From a virus: a DNA stretch of 64,000 nucleotides. Shown here piece after piece: positions 49,469 to 58,534 of the stretch; positions within the stretch are counted from its first letter, which is position 1; each line of letters starts with the position of its first letter. The notes under the pieces were generated by a model. It was not told where the DNA came from. It did no database searches and saw only the letters and a list, made by a program, of their open reading frames with translations. Position numbers and translations under genes: made by a program. The stretch spans positions 20,003 through 84,002 of the IMG/VR virus record IMGVR_UViG_3300009149_000019; one strand, written 5' to 3'.

Positions 49469-50612
49469 GGACTTTTCAAAGTGGCAGTCTCTAGAGATTG
49501 AGAGGTTAGAGCAGAGGGCACAAGAGACGGAGGATGAACTACAAAAGTTCAAAAGGGTTAGCTTACATCTTCTTAACCACATAGAGAACAACTACTCGAA
49601 AAAAACCCCGAAAGATTTAATAGTAGACACAATAGAAGGCCCCTTTAGGAAAGATGAGTTTCTGTTTTTGTGGGACTACCTATGTGGAGTACCCTATGCA
49701 CGCAGGGAAATAGATCGAATGTTCCTTGAAGAGATTGTTGCTTGTGGTTCTGCTATAGCCCTAATTACTCTTGTTGACCATGTGGAAGGGCCCTTAGATA
49801 TCTGTATTACTGCAAATGATCTAGCTGAGCACTTCACATCAGATACGACTTTTCTATTTTTAAACTGTATGGCAGACTTTATGGACACCGGGGAGCTGCA
49901 AACACATGCTAATGATAAGTTACTATGGGCAATGTTCTTACATATACTTGAGAGTGACGTTCTTAATAGTGAACACATCATTCAGTTTTCTGATAGAATT
50001 AGCCAAATATTTGTGTGCTGTAACACCAACGGCATAACAGCTGATCTGGTATGTACTATTTATCCTACTATGGACTCATACGTGTTAGAGTACCTGCTTA
50101 TAGAAAAGCAATGGTCTATTCCGTATGATCGCCTTCTTTGGCATATGCTACATTCACATGGAGGCTGTTGCTTAGATGTTGAGAAGGGCACCTCTCTTTA
50201 TTACCTTATTGTTGAGAAGGGCACAACACTGCACTCTTTAGACACGGCGGCTCATGAGTTGGTTAGGGGACCAAACGGACAACAGAGACTTAACGTTGCC
50301 CTGACATACTGTTTAGTTGACAGAGACCTAATTACTAAGGAGGTACTGACTGATATTTTACGTTATAATGATTACTATAATGTTCTTTCGGTAATTATCC
50401 CCTTTTACCCAGAGATAGATTGGATACAGCTAATCATTTCTATAGGGAGACCTAATCTTAAGACATCGACTCTGCAAAGAATATTCGATAGTCTGCCTAT
50501 TTCCGTACTAGGACGATACTTATTGGAGAAATCACTATTGGAGGACCCTTTGTTAAGAGATCTGATAGTAAAAACGTGCTCTAACAGAAAGACCAAACAG
50601 GAGGATGTATGA
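49395..50612 (+). CDS. Hypothetical helical protein, paralog of next gene, C-terminal box (start uncertain)
   Basis: SLPISVLGRYLLEKSLLEDPLLRDLIV; collinear similarity to 50609..51850. Confidence 0.7.
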   Translation: MEENENKNPMVQIDMKNPLGWGNIEDFSKWQSLEIERLEQRAQETEDELQKFKRVSLHLLNHIENNYSKKTPKDLIVDTIEGPFRKDEFLFLWDYLCGVPYARREIDRMFLEEIVACGSAIALITLVDHVEGPLDICITANDLAEHFTSDTTFLFLNCMADFMDTGELQTHANDKLLWAMFLHILESDVLNSEHIIQFSDRISQIFVCCNTNGITADLVCTIYPTMDSYVLEYLLIEKQWSIPYDRLLWHMLHSHGGCCLDVEKGTSLYYLIVEKGTTLHSLDTAAHELVRGPNGQQRLNVALTYCLVDRDLITKEVLTDILRYNDYYNVLSVIIPFYPEIDWIQLIISIGRPNLKTSTLQRIFDSLPISVLGRYLLEKSLLEDPLLRDLIVKTCSNRKTKQEDV

Positions 50613-51850
50613 AAGGTACAAAGAGTGTGCCTAACAAACCAAAGACAGTTGAGCATGAGTTAGCTGTTACTAAACATGCTCTGGAGATGGTAACAAAGGA
50701 AGCTAAAGATACTAAAAAGACACTGTCCGGTGTCCTTTCTTATGCTATTGATCATCTTGATCATGATCAAGTAGTGAGGTTGATTAGCTCTCCAGTTGGT
50801 AAATACAGGGCAGATGCTACAGCATTACGTCTAATATGGGAGCTTGCTGAGAGCTCACATCAGATTACCAGAGGAGAGCTAGAAGACATCATATTCGGAA
50901 AAATCTTTGATAATGGGAACATTAAGGCCCTTCTAACTCTTATTGAAGTAACTGGCGGGCTTGTCTTTACGGAAGAGCCTTCTTTTTTTGAGTGTCACGG
51001 ATGTCATAACCTTCCTTTCTATCGGGTATTAGCAGACAATATTGAAAATGGCACAATACACATGAGTGTATCTCAGAGGTGGAAACTATTTACTTCTTTT
51101 GTGACGAGACTTCCTAGTAAAACAAAAGATATAATTCGTATGTCAAATCTTGTACCTGATACGTACTCAAGGTGGGATAGCGAGGCTAAGACAGACCTTA
51201 ACCGTGTATTGTGGTTAGTATCTCCGAAGGTGGTCGACCACCTTTTTGAAAAGGAATGGCCGGTTAATCTAGATGCTGTCTTGGGTTACGTTATTTATCA
51301 TGATACCTATAAAGATAAGTCAAAGGGAAGCCTTATTAAGTACCTTATATACAATGGAGCTACTCTTTGTATTGGTGACACGTCTGACCTGTTTACTCCT
51401 GATAGAGTTAATAGCAGTGATGAGTGCCTTGTTAGACTTAACTTTGTGGTAGACAATAAGTTAATAGTCACGAAAAGACCGCCAATTTCAAAAGAGGGTA
51501 TTGAGTTCTTATTTACTAAGGCTCATACAGCTAAACTGATTAAAAAGGCCCTGTCTCTTATCAAGAAGCCTGGTACACTACAGATTATTTGTAACGCGTT
51601 TGAGCGTGCTAGAAGGACTAGTAATAACTGGAGACTTTCATCAGATAATGTCGTATATACGACAACTACTAGCTTTTTTAAGTTACATTCATCAGCTGTC
51701 TTGGCAAGATGGTTACTAGAAGATATAGCTTGTCCTAATGTACATGAAATCTTACGTAATGTTTATGCAAAAAAGAGAAAACCAAGGAGGAAAAAGAATG
51801 ACGAACGAAGAAATGCTAACAATCCTGACGTCCAGACGAAAGAGAGTTAA
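50609..51850 (+). CDS. Hypothetical helical protein, paralog of previous gene, C-terminal box
   Basis: HSSAVLARWLLEDIACPNVHEILRNVY. Confidence 0.7.
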   Translation: MKGTKSVPNKPKTVEHELAVTKHALEMVTKEAKDTKKTLSGVLSYAIDHLDHDQVVRLISSPVGKYRADATALRLIWELAESSHQITRGELEDIIFGKIFDNGNIKALLTLIEVTGGLVFTEEPSFFECHGCHNLPFYRVLADNIENGTIHMSVSQRWKLFTSFVTRLPSKTKDIIRMSNLVPDTYSRWDSEAKTDLNRVLWLVSPKVVDHLFEKEWPVNLDAVLGYVIYHDTYKDKSKGSLIKYLIYNGATLCIGDTSDLFTPDRVNSSDECLVRLNFVVDNKLIVTKRPPISKEGIEFLFTKAHTAKLIKKALSLIKKPGTLQIICNAFERARRTSNNWRLSSDNVVYTTTTSFFKLHSSAVLARWLLEDIACPNVHEILRNVYAKKRKPRRKKNDERRNANNPDVQTKES

Positions 51851-52874
51851 TTATGTGATTAACTACACATGGGTTCAATGGGAAGTTATCCTGGACCTTA
51901 TGAGGAGTAAGACTATCCTCAAGGTGAATCCGGAAGCCAAACTGAGTGAGTCCCCAATTACCCGGGCGACCTATTACATGTTCTCTGACGAGGTTGACCA
52001 CGATGCGTTGAGTGATCCTCATCCTTTTGCCAGGATAAGTTATTTCTTAAGACAGAGTTGGCCGGAACTTGGTATGCACGATCCAAGTCTTTATGTAAGG
52101 AGAGAGTACTTCTCTTTTCATGGATGGCCGGCTATTGCTGGAGAAGATAAATCCAAAATGGTGAGATACGAGTTCTTCAAGGTAAAAGAGTACAAAGATT
52201 CCAGGATAAAGAAGGAAAATGACAACTGGATTCACATCAGGTACTACGAAGCAACTGAGTGGTCTGACATGGACTGGGCCTCTGATGAGGATCGTGTTGT
52301 TCCACTTACTCGTGCTTTCCTGGAATCTAGAGGTAATGTCAACAAGATGAACACAGGGGCAGTTGTCATGTCTACCGTCATGAAGATGATGATCAAGATC
52401 TCTGAGGAGAGCGAGAACATAGATGACACAAGACCAAAGTTTGTTGGATACTATCGTAATATGTACTGGAGTGATAGAGTAAGAGACAGACTGAGGTTTG
52501 TACTTGACCTGGTTAACGGAAAGGTTAACGGGTACCAGTTAGATCAGACTATCATGGGTGAGCATACTGACCACCCATACTTCAGACTCATCAGTAGGCT
52601 GTCTCACCTCTTTAGGGAAAATCAGTCTATCGCAAAGGTATCTATCTTTCGTCTGAAGGATCCTATCTTACGGGAAGCTTGCTCCAGAATGCTTACCCCT
52701 GGTCTTGTTAAAGATTTCGGTGCTAAGCTGAGAGAAGCTAGACGGCTGTCTCCTGAGATTCCTGAAAATGAGAAGAGGAAAAAGAAGAGGAAGAGTAGCA
52801 CAATGGTTGTGCGTATTCCTCAGAATGCTGCAACAATGGGGGTAATGCTCGATGAACAACAAACTGGTAATTGA
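51798..52874 (+). CDS. Trp-repeat family protein
   Basis: AAGGAGG SD; about five 22-23-aa repeats ending EWSDMDWASDED. Confidence 0.75.
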   Translation: MTNEEMLTILTSRRKRVNYVINYTWVQWEVILDLMRSKTILKVNPEAKLSESPITRATYYMFSDEVDHDALSDPHPFARISYFLRQSWPELGMHDPSLYVRREYFSFHGWPAIAGEDKSKMVRYEFFKVKEYKDSRIKKENDNWIHIRYYEATEWSDMDWASDEDRVVPLTRAFLESRGNVNKMNTGAVVMSTVMKMMIKISEESENIDDTRPKFVGYYRNMYWSDRVRDRLRFVLDLVNGKVNGYQLDQTIMGEHTDHPYFRLISRLSHLFRENQSIAKVSIFRLKDPILREACSRMLTPGLVKDFGAKLREARRLSPEIPENEKRKKKRKSSTMVVRIPQNAATMGVMLDEQQTGN

Positions 52875-53076
52875 GATACTTGGGAGACCACACAGTGTAG
52901 ATCTTTCTCTGCTTGAAGACAGAGAGGATCTTGAGATCATGGTAGTTTTCCACGATGGAACAGCTAACAACCACACCCCCAGGGTGGAGGTGTGGGATGA
53001 TGTTAGTGGTATCGTGGGCCCTACCGTAGTAAATGAGTTCTTTTCTAAGAGCTCTGAACAACTCCAGGAGGTGTAA
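52852..53076 (+). CDS. Small hypothetical protein
   Basis: 74 aa, TAATG-coupled to next gene. Confidence 0.55.
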   Translation: MNNKLVIEILGRPHSVDLSLLEDREDLEIMVVFHDGTANNHTPRVEVWDDVSGIVGPTVVNEFFSKSSEQLQEV

Positions 53077-53669
53077 TGGGAACTAGGGGCGTATTCGGAT
53101 TTCAGGTAGGAAACCAACTAAAGGTTACCTACAACCACTTTTCTTCCGATCCAGGTGGGTTAGGAGAGGAAGTGCTGTCTTTTTGTAAGCACCATGACCT
53201 TGATACAATGAAAAAGATGGCAAGTGCTATTGAGCTCGTTGACTCAGACGTAGCTCCCACCCATGAGCAAATTGTGCGATGTAGGGAGGCAGGCACCATT
53301 GATCTAGGGGTCTCTGAGCAATCGGAGACTGATTGGTACTGTCTTTTACGTGATGCCCAAGGAGACCTTAATAAGGTAACTGAGGTAGGAATAATGATAG
53401 ATAGTCAGTCCTTTCTCAGTGACTCTTTGTTTTGTGAATGGGCCTACATCATAAATCTTGACAACAGTACTCTGGAAGTTTACTCTGGGTTTAATGAAAA
53501 GCCAGCGGTGGGGCGTTTTGAAAAATCCCCACCTAATGATGGTGGCTACTACCCTGTTACTCTTATTGCCACTCTTGATCTAACTAAAGAGGTCATGGGG
53601 GGAACCTTACACCAGGCATTGGACATACTGGGAGTACTAGAAAAAGAAGAAGAGGAAGAAGAGGAGTAA
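53076..53669 (+). CDS. Conserved-looking phage hypothetical protein
   Basis: MGTRG..YNH..SDP.GLG, DSLFCEWAYIINLD; AGGAGG SD. Confidence 0.7.
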   Translation: MGTRGVFGFQVGNQLKVTYNHFSSDPGGLGEEVLSFCKHHDLDTMKKMASAIELVDSDVAPTHEQIVRCREAGTIDLGVSEQSETDWYCLLRDAQGDLNKVTEVGIMIDSQSFLSDSLFCEWAYIINLDNSTLEVYSGFNEKPAVGRFEKSPPNDGGYYPVTLIATLDLTKEVMGGTLHQALDILGVLEKEEEEEEE

Positions 53670-53671
53670 AC

Positions 53672-53848
53672 ATGCCTATTTTCGATTACGTATGTGACAA
53701 GTGTGAGAAGGAGTTTGAGCTCCTTGTTGGAGTTGTAGACTCTGAAACAACACTAAAGTGCCCTCATTGTGGGGCATCTACCATTACCAAGAAGATAACT
53801 TCCGGGAAATTTGTTAAGCCATACACGTTTCGCGGGAAGACCTGGTAA
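53672..53848 (+). CDS. FmdB-family zinc-ribbon protein (absent from ORF track, 58 aa)
   Basis: Translated by hand: MPIFDYVCDKCEKEFELLV...KCPHCGAS; GAGGAG SD. Confidence 0.85.
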   Translation: MPIFDYVCDKCEKEFELLVGVVDSETTLKCPHCGASTITKKITSGKFVKPYTFRGKTW

Positions 53849-53861
53849 TACTACCTATCTT

Positions 53862-53899
53862 AGCGGAGAGCCCTTAACCAGCTCTCCGCTTACCTTTTT
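53862..53899 (+). terminator. Intrinsic terminator-like hairpin
   Basis: AGCGGAGAGC-N9-GCTCTCCGCT then TACCTTTTT. Confidence 0.65.
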
Positions 53900-53915
53900 A
53901 ACAATGGAGGGGCTT

Positions 53916-54248
53916 ATGAGCTCTGAAGATACTACTACTATTTGTAAGAGTTGCATGTTACCATCTTTACGGTTTAGTGACCCGCCTTTAGGACAACCAC
54001 ATAAGGGATATAGTTGTTGCTGTGGTTATCCGTACTTTATTGTATGTGACAAACATTACCATTCTTTTAATGAGTTTCTTGGAGATAAGGGAAAGGACGC
54101 TGTAAGTCTGGCAAAGGCCTTGTTGTTAGATCCTGATGTTCAGGGATCAATGAGAAGATATTTATATAAGTATGTTCAGGGAAGGCATAAATCGACTGTT
54201 ATTCCTGCTCTTTCAGTGACGGGGAGATTAGTTAGATTAAATAACTAG
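53916..54248 (+). CDS. Cys-rich hypothetical protein with box variant
   Basis: GGAGG SD before ATG 53916; CKSC, CCC, CDKH; AVSLAKALLLDPDVQGSMRRYL. Confidence 0.65.
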   Translation: MSSEDTTTICKSCMLPSLRFSDPPLGQPHKGYSCCCGYPYFIVCDKHYHSFNEFLGDKGKDAVSLAKALLLDPDVQGSMRRYLYKYVQGRHKSTVIPALSVTGRLVRLNN

Positions 54249-54260
54249 GTTAAGTGGTAC

Positions 54261-54289
54261 TTGACATATACATATGAGTATGGCATACT
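54261..54289 (+). promoter_or_regulatory. sigma70-type promoter upstream of NSSS-leader array
   Basis: TTGACA-N17-CATACT with TGn extension. Confidence 0.6.
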
Positions 54290-54501
54290 GCACATCCTAT
54301 ATTATGTTAATCTATCCAATATTGGATAGTAAGGAGCACGTTGTGTGTTACAAATGTGAACACGCTGTGAAGGTCAGATTACTAAAGACACTGGAACTAT
54401 ACATAGTTTGTCAGGTGATGACTGATTCTTCAATTGGAACGGATTTAGTGCAGTGTGCTGGGGAAAAGCGCTGTCCTGTTAGAAATCAAAAAGTAAGTTA
54501 A
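54274..54501 (+). CDS. Small Cys-rich protein (true start probably near 54340, after AAGGAG)
   Basis: CYKC..C..C..CP. Confidence 0.45.
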   Translation: MSMAYCTSYIMLIYPILDSKEHVVCYKCEHAVKVRLLKTLELYIVCQVMTDSSIGTDLVQCAGEKRCPVRNQKVS

Positions 54502-54526
54502 TCCATATCAATTCGGGGGTTTAGAT

Positions 54527-54964
54527 ATGAAAATCAGAACTGGGTTCGTTGCGAACTCAAGTAGTTCTTCATTTATAGTTATGTATGCAAATCTGGAAAA
54601 GGTACGTTCTTCCAGACTGAAACGGGCATTACTGGATAATTCCAAGGCAGCTCAATGTGTTAAAGAGTATATTATGGAAGAGTTAGAGGGTAGAGATAAA
54701 GACAATGATGATCCTGCTATATACACTACTGACTTTATTAGTGTGACTCTTATAAATATACAGGAGTGCTATGGTGGAGAGCTCTGTGAATATACTCATG
54801 CTGATCCTGATGATGACGACAGTTGTGATTGTTCTTGTGAGATAACGGTGCTGGACTGGGATGACCGTAACAAATTGGAAGACTGGTCAAACCGTTTTGA
54901 TCCTCAGTACATTATAATTGATGAGTACCGCAAAGGGGAGATGTCACCATATGAAAATACGTAA
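54527..54964 (+). CDS. NSSS-leader family protein 1 (with box)
   Basis: MKIRTGFVANSSSSSF; RSSRLKRALLDN..VKEYIMEELEGR. Confidence 0.8.
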   Translation: MKIRTGFVANSSSSSFIVMYANLEKVRSSRLKRALLDNSKAAQCVKEYIMEELEGRDKDNDDPAIYTTDFISVTLINIQECYGGELCEYTHADPDDDDSCDCSCEITVLDWDDRNKLEDWSNRFDPQYIIIDEYRKGEMSPYENT

Positions 54965-55355
54965 TGGATTCGTTTCCAACTCAAGCAGTTCTTCATTTGT
55001 GATAGTACGATCAAATCTACAAAGAATAACAGACTCCAGGATAAAGCAGCTTTTATTACATAGTGGGCTTCCTGTCCTAGTAAAAGATCAGTGCCGAAAG
55101 GAGCTCCTTCTTAGGGATACAGGAAAAGTAAGAGCTATCCATCAAGATGAATCTTTTGTATGTTCTATTGTGGAAGAGACTGAAGATGACTATACCGACA
55201 ACAGCATTCCAGAAACAATCACGTTGTTTACTATAGGATTTCCTGCTAGTAACATACCACCCAGCATGCGGCTAGGCAGGCATTTTGATGAATTTGATGA
55301 CATCGATTTTGAGAATAACCATTCTCCAGAATTTATCTTTGAGGAGGACCTATGA
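54951..55355 (+). CDS. NSSS-leader family protein 2 (with box)
   Basis: MKIRNGFVSNSSSSSF at ATG 54951; TDSRIKQLLLHSGLPVLVKDQCRKELLLR. Confidence 0.8.
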   Translation: MKIRNGFVSNSSSSSFVIVRSNLQRITDSRIKQLLLHSGLPVLVKDQCRKELLLRDTGKVRAIHQDESFVCSIVEETEDDYTDNSIPETITLFTIGFPASNIPPSMRLGRHFDEFDDIDFENNHSPEFIFEEDL

Positions 55356-55687
55356 AGGTAAGATTTGGTTTTGTGGCTAACTCTAGCTCTCAGGACTTTG
55401 TCCTACACAATCGTAGGATGACTCAGAGTAAACATAGCATTGATGTAGAGCACAACCTTGGTGATCTAAAGAGTCCCGTATTAAAGAGATTGTTACTTGA
55501 GGATATTCCTGAGGAAGTAAAGGTGGTTATACTCAAAGAGTTTGAGAACAGGAAAGGAAAGTCGGACGATGGCTATGATGATTCTCCTGTGGAGGTTGTT
55601 GTCGTTGAGAGGTCCATGTGCTATGATAGCCATGGTCAGGAAACCTTTGAGGAAGAAGTTATTTATTCGTACCAGGAAATTATTTAG
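55352..55687 (+). CDS. NSSS-leader family protein 3 (with box)
   Basis: MKVRFGFVANSSSQDF; KSPVLKRLLLEDIPEEVKVVILKEFENR. Confidence 0.8.
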   Translation: MKVRFGFVANSSSQDFVLHNRRMTQSKHSIDVEHNLGDLKSPVLKRLLLEDIPEEVKVVILKEFENRKGKSDDGYDDSPVEVVVVERSMCYDSHGQETFEEEVIYSYQEII

Positions 55688-55695
55688 GAGGTATT

Positions 55696-56385
55696 ATGAA
55701 AGTACGTAACGGGTTTGTATCCAATTCAAGCAGCTCCAGTTTTATAATGGGTAATAGTACAACAGCGTCTGCTATGTATGATCTAATACGAGCAGTGCTT
55801 CGTGATTGCGAGATTTATTTTAACCCAGTCTCAACGTCTGACTATAATTTTATCAGAACGTTTGAGTCTGAATACGAGATCCTTACATGGCTTTCTCAGA
55901 ACTTAGATTGTGACGAACCGCTGCTCTTTAGTGGCACATGTAACTATGAAACGTTCATGATTAAGGACAAGAGCACCGGAAGAATCTTAGTAGACACGTG
56001 TAACAACCATGATTGGACTGGCCTTGACATCATCAACCATAATGATGACGATAACGATGGTACACACCAAAGATACCAGGGTTACGAGGCGAAATATAAG
56101 GATGAGCATTGTGAATTTGGTCCCTGTTCTTCCTGTGAGGAGGCTGAGTGCCCTGACCATATCCAGGACATGGTAGATGGGGATGAAAAAGACCTCGATC
56201 ATCCAAAATACAGGGTTATCTACATAGACGTAAGGACGAGGGCACGTGAGACGGAAGCACTGTATTTCTTTAAGAAATATGCTCATATGGGTTTCTATGA
56301 CAAGATCCCAGGAACAAACAAACCGTGGTCCATAGAGATCCTTGAGCTGCTTGCTCAGGGTGTAGCACAAGAGGAATTTTTATGA
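55696..56385 (+). CDS. NSSS-leader family protein 4
   Basis: MKVRNGFVSNSSSSSF. Confidence 0.8.
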   Translation: MKVRNGFVSNSSSSSFIMGNSTTASAMYDLIRAVLRDCEIYFNPVSTSDYNFIRTFESEYEILTWLSQNLDCDEPLLFSGTCNYETFMIKDKSTGRILVDTCNNHDWTGLDIINHNDDDNDGTHQRYQGYEAKYKDEHCEFGPCSSCEEAECPDHIQDMVDGDEKDLDHPKYRVIYIDVRTRARETEALYFFKKYAHMGFYDKIPGTNKPWSIEILELLAQGVAQEEFL

Positions 56386-56711
56386 AAATTCGTAATGGCT
56401 TCGTTTCCAACTCAAGCAGTTCTTCTTTCGTGGTTCCTACAGCCATGTTATCCCCTTTGCAAATTTGGGCAGTCTTAACAAATACACAAACAGATCAAGA
56501 GTACACCAGGCCAATTTGGGAGATTGGTCTGATTGATGGTTACCTGGTCGGGTATACAAGTATGGACAACTATGATATGATAGAGTTCTTAAAGAAGGTT
56601 GGGATTCCTTCCAAAGACATCAGTGGGACTGACCGTTTCTACGGAAGTCTTGAGAGCACATTAGAGTGGTATAAGGATGAAATACTTAATAATCCGAATA
56701 GGAAAGAGTAA
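56382..56711 (+). CDS. NSSS-leader family protein 5
   Basis: MKIRNGFVSNSSSSSF. Confidence 0.8.
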   Translation: MKIRNGFVSNSSSSSFVVPTAMLSPLQIWAVLTNTQTDQEYTRPIWEIGLIDGYLVGYTSMDNYDMIEFLKKVGIPSKDISGTDRFYGSLESTLEWYKDEILNNPNRKE

Positions 56712-56755
56712 GCAGAAAAATAATAAAGGTATTTAACTAAGGAGGTTTCCTACCA

Positions 56756-57943
56756 ATGAGAACGCGTACAAAACAAAAAGAGTGTGTATCTACCCAGGAA
56801 GCGGCACGTACCCTAAGTGTAACTGCAGCAACTATCAACAACCTTGTGATGGTTGGAGTTCTATCCTCGTCTACAAAGGTCAAGGGTCGTGTAGACAGAG
56901 AGAGTGTCCTTTTCTGTAAGGACAACCGCATAAACCTGGTAATGCTTCGAACAGAAGAACCAGATATTGGGGATTGTCTTACGGTAGAAGAGACAGCTAA
57001 CATGATGCACATTACTCGTGACCAGGTACTATCCAGTGCGTACAACGGCGTACTTTCTTCGAGCCTTTTCTGGAGACAGAAGCGGGTAAATGGAACCATG
57101 GTTCCAGTCTTTCACAGACTAACCCTAGAAAAGATTAAGGCGGAAGTATTAAGTCTTCAAAAGAAGACTCTCTACACACCAGCTGAGATCTTTAATTCTA
57201 TTATGCTTTCAGAGAAAGCAAGAAGAGCCGGTGTTTCTTATTCAGCTATGTATATGAGGAAACAGAAAGGCCATGTAGACACGTTCAAGATCATGTCTGG
57301 TGTTTACGTTCTTCCAGAAGAGAAGGATACAGCTAAGTCTATCCTCCAGAAGAAACCATTACGAGAGGAAGTAAAAAAGGTTGTTAACTCCCGTAGTGGT
57401 GCAGTAAAGAAAGTACCAGCTGAGTCCATGAAGCGGCCTTCTAGAGGCGGTACGTATAAAGCAACCTCAAACGTACCACGTGTACCTATTGTGGAAACAG
57501 GATCAGCTCTTCTTGATGGTACTGGCTACATGACCCTTGAGAAGGCTCACCTTTTATTAGGTAAGACTAAGAACTCATCCTACCTCTATAAATGGGCTAA
57601 GCGTGGATACGTCACCATAATAAAGCAGACCGGTGGTGGTGCAGCACTTATCCATGTAAGTGAATTTGAGGCGTTTCTCTCAGCCATGACTCCTCCGGTG
57701 GCATCCATAGACGAGCTGAAGACCCTCAGTAAGAGCGTAAAAGCTAGTCTACGGTTTATTGTAACGAAGGGAAAGATCGTAGTTAAGAAAACCCTTACAC
57801 CGACACCTCCAGTATCGTTCAGATCGTCCTTTAAGGAGCTTGGGGACCGCATTGCATCGTTTACACCTGCAACTCCTGAAGAAGAGCTTCAGAGTGATCT
57901 CCTTAAGACAATAGTAGACTGGGCAGACAGACATATTGTCTAA
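56756..57943 (+). CDS. Protein with tandem excisionase/MerR-like HTH domains
   Basis: VSTQEAARTLSVTAATINNLVMVGVL, LTVEETANMMHITRDQV..NGVL, YMTLEKAHLLLG..YLYKWAKRG. Confidence 0.65.
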   Translation: MRTRTKQKECVSTQEAARTLSVTAATINNLVMVGVLSSSTKVKGRVDRESVLFCKDNRINLVMLRTEEPDIGDCLTVEETANMMHITRDQVLSSAYNGVLSSSLFWRQKRVNGTMVPVFHRLTLEKIKAEVLSLQKKTLYTPAEIFNSIMLSEKARRAGVSYSAMYMRKQKGHVDTFKIMSGVYVLPEEKDTAKSILQKKPLREEVKKVVNSRSGAVKKVPAESMKRPSRGGTYKATSNVPRVPIVETGSALLDGTGYMTLEKAHLLLGKTKNSSYLYKWAKRGYVTIIKQTGGGAALIHVSEFEAFLSAMTPPVASIDELKTLSKSVKASLRFIVTKGKIVVKKTLTPTPPVSFRSSFKELGDRIASFTPATPEEELQSDLLKTIVDWADRHIV

Positions 57944-57953
57944 GGGGTAGAGC

Positions 57954-58511
57954 ATGACCATAGCGATCATTGGTACAGCAGGAAGGAAAGAAGATGGAGA
58001 TAAACTATCTCTTGATCTTTACAATAGGATGTATTATGATGTCATCTGGAGGTTCTCTGAAATGAATGTTTCTGTTGAGGAACGGCACCTTGTTTCAGGA
58101 GGAGCAGCTTGGGCTGATCATCTGGCTGTTCGAGCATTTCTGGAAGACGAGTGTGTTTCTCTCAGCCTCCACCTCCCTGCCATGTTCGGTGGTTGCAGAT
58201 ACTTAGGAATGAATAGCTCAAAGTATGATCCTGGCCGGATCGCTAATTACTATCATGGGCTATTTTCTAATAAAGTTAAAACAAATACTCTTTTGGAAAT
58301 AGCAGCTGCTATAAAGAAAGGTGCTGGTTTAACGGTTAGTAAGGGATTCAAAGAAAGAAATCTCCTGGTTGGAAAGTCTGATGCTGTACTAGCTTATACT
58401 TTCGGCCAGGAGAGCTTTCCGAAAGACGGTGGTACTTTGCATACATGGAATAGTTCCAGTGCAAAGATCAAGACTCATATACCACTACACGAGCTTAGGG
58501 CCAAGCTCTAA
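57954..58511 (+). CDS. SLOG-superfamily (YspA/DprA-like) protein
   Basis: TIAIIGTAGR, LVSGGAAWADH, RNLLV, GGTLHT. Confidence 0.7.
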   Translation: MTIAIIGTAGRKEDGDKLSLDLYNRMYYDVIWRFSEMNVSVEERHLVSGGAAWADHLAVRAFLEDECVSLSLHLPAMFGGCRYLGMNSSKYDPGRIANYYHGLFSNKVKTNTLLEIAAAIKKGAGLTVSKGFKERNLLVGKSDAVLAYTFGQESFPKDGGTLHTWNSSSAKIKTHIPLHELRAKL

Positions 58512-58534
58512 TTATTCCAGGAGGAATTACAACA

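Noticed and set aside
54527-56432. CRISPR array or diversity-generating retroelement at the repeated leader DNA
   Set aside because: The repeats are gene starts about 350-700 nt apart with many synonymous differences; no cas or reverse transcriptase gene and no adenine-specific variation.
15192-56730. TAATAAAG(G) in several intergenic gaps as a phage-RNAP promoter
   Set aside because: Short, AT-rich and in two cases merged with the AAGGAG SD; cannot be told from chance without whole-genome statistics.
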